Shown here: piece by piece, positions 63,942 to 64,000 of the stretch
How positions within the stretch are numbered: position 1 is the stretch's first letter
Layout of the letters: each line of letters starts with the position of its first letter
Assembly (NCBI GenBank): GCA_963700285.1
Contig: CAVOXA010000010.1
Location: forward strand, 1,248,001-1,312,000
DNA: 64,000 bases
From: an uncultured Chloroflexia bacterium
GTDB lineage: Bacteria; Chloroflexota; Anaerolineae; JAAYZQ01
Reading direction: 5' to 3'
Translations under genes and position numbers: made by a program
The notes under the pieces: generated by a model
Databases searched by the model: none
What the model was told of the DNA's origin: nothing
What the model saw: only the letters and a program-made list of their open reading frames with translations

Positions 63942-64000
63942 CAGTGGATCCCTACACCGGCTGATGAGTTTCCTGGCAGCAGCGCTGATATCCTTTCCCA

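Overview
GC-rich bacterial DNA, most likely Chloroflexota/Anaerolineae. This is inferred from gene content, C-terminal YLPxV-type motifs and a cyclase-STAND-SBP fusion. Many long genes are split by single-base frameshifts, which look like long-read indel errors rather than real decay. The left part holds a Ser/Thr kinase-PP2C-kinase operon, a c-di-AMP (ydaO/yuaA) riboswitch driving an unannotated 48-aa ORF, an SH3-Lhr helicase operon and tRNA-His(GTG). Downstream of the tRNA lie three further copies of its 3' end (about 13.9, 31.0 and 43.0 kb). Each copy is preceded by a shared non-tRNA motif, and together they delimit three integrase-less tandem cassettes. Cassette 1 is an AbiE toxin-antitoxin pair only. 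Cassette 2 carries FGE/CLec genes with DGR-like C-termini, an amidohydrolase and a GntR-MttB-kinase/aminotransferase-saccharopine dehydrogenase-MttB-GcvT methylated-amine cluster ending in a truncated agmatine deiminase. Cassette 3 carries MenA, YkgJ-SNF2-SWIM and secreted proteins. The right part holds a methyltransferase, a cyclase-AAA-TPR-peptide-binding fusion, a GAF histidine kinase, a large repeat-bearing S1C protease lipoprotein, a two-component system and a MATE-UroD-GH31 operon, plus several gene remnants.
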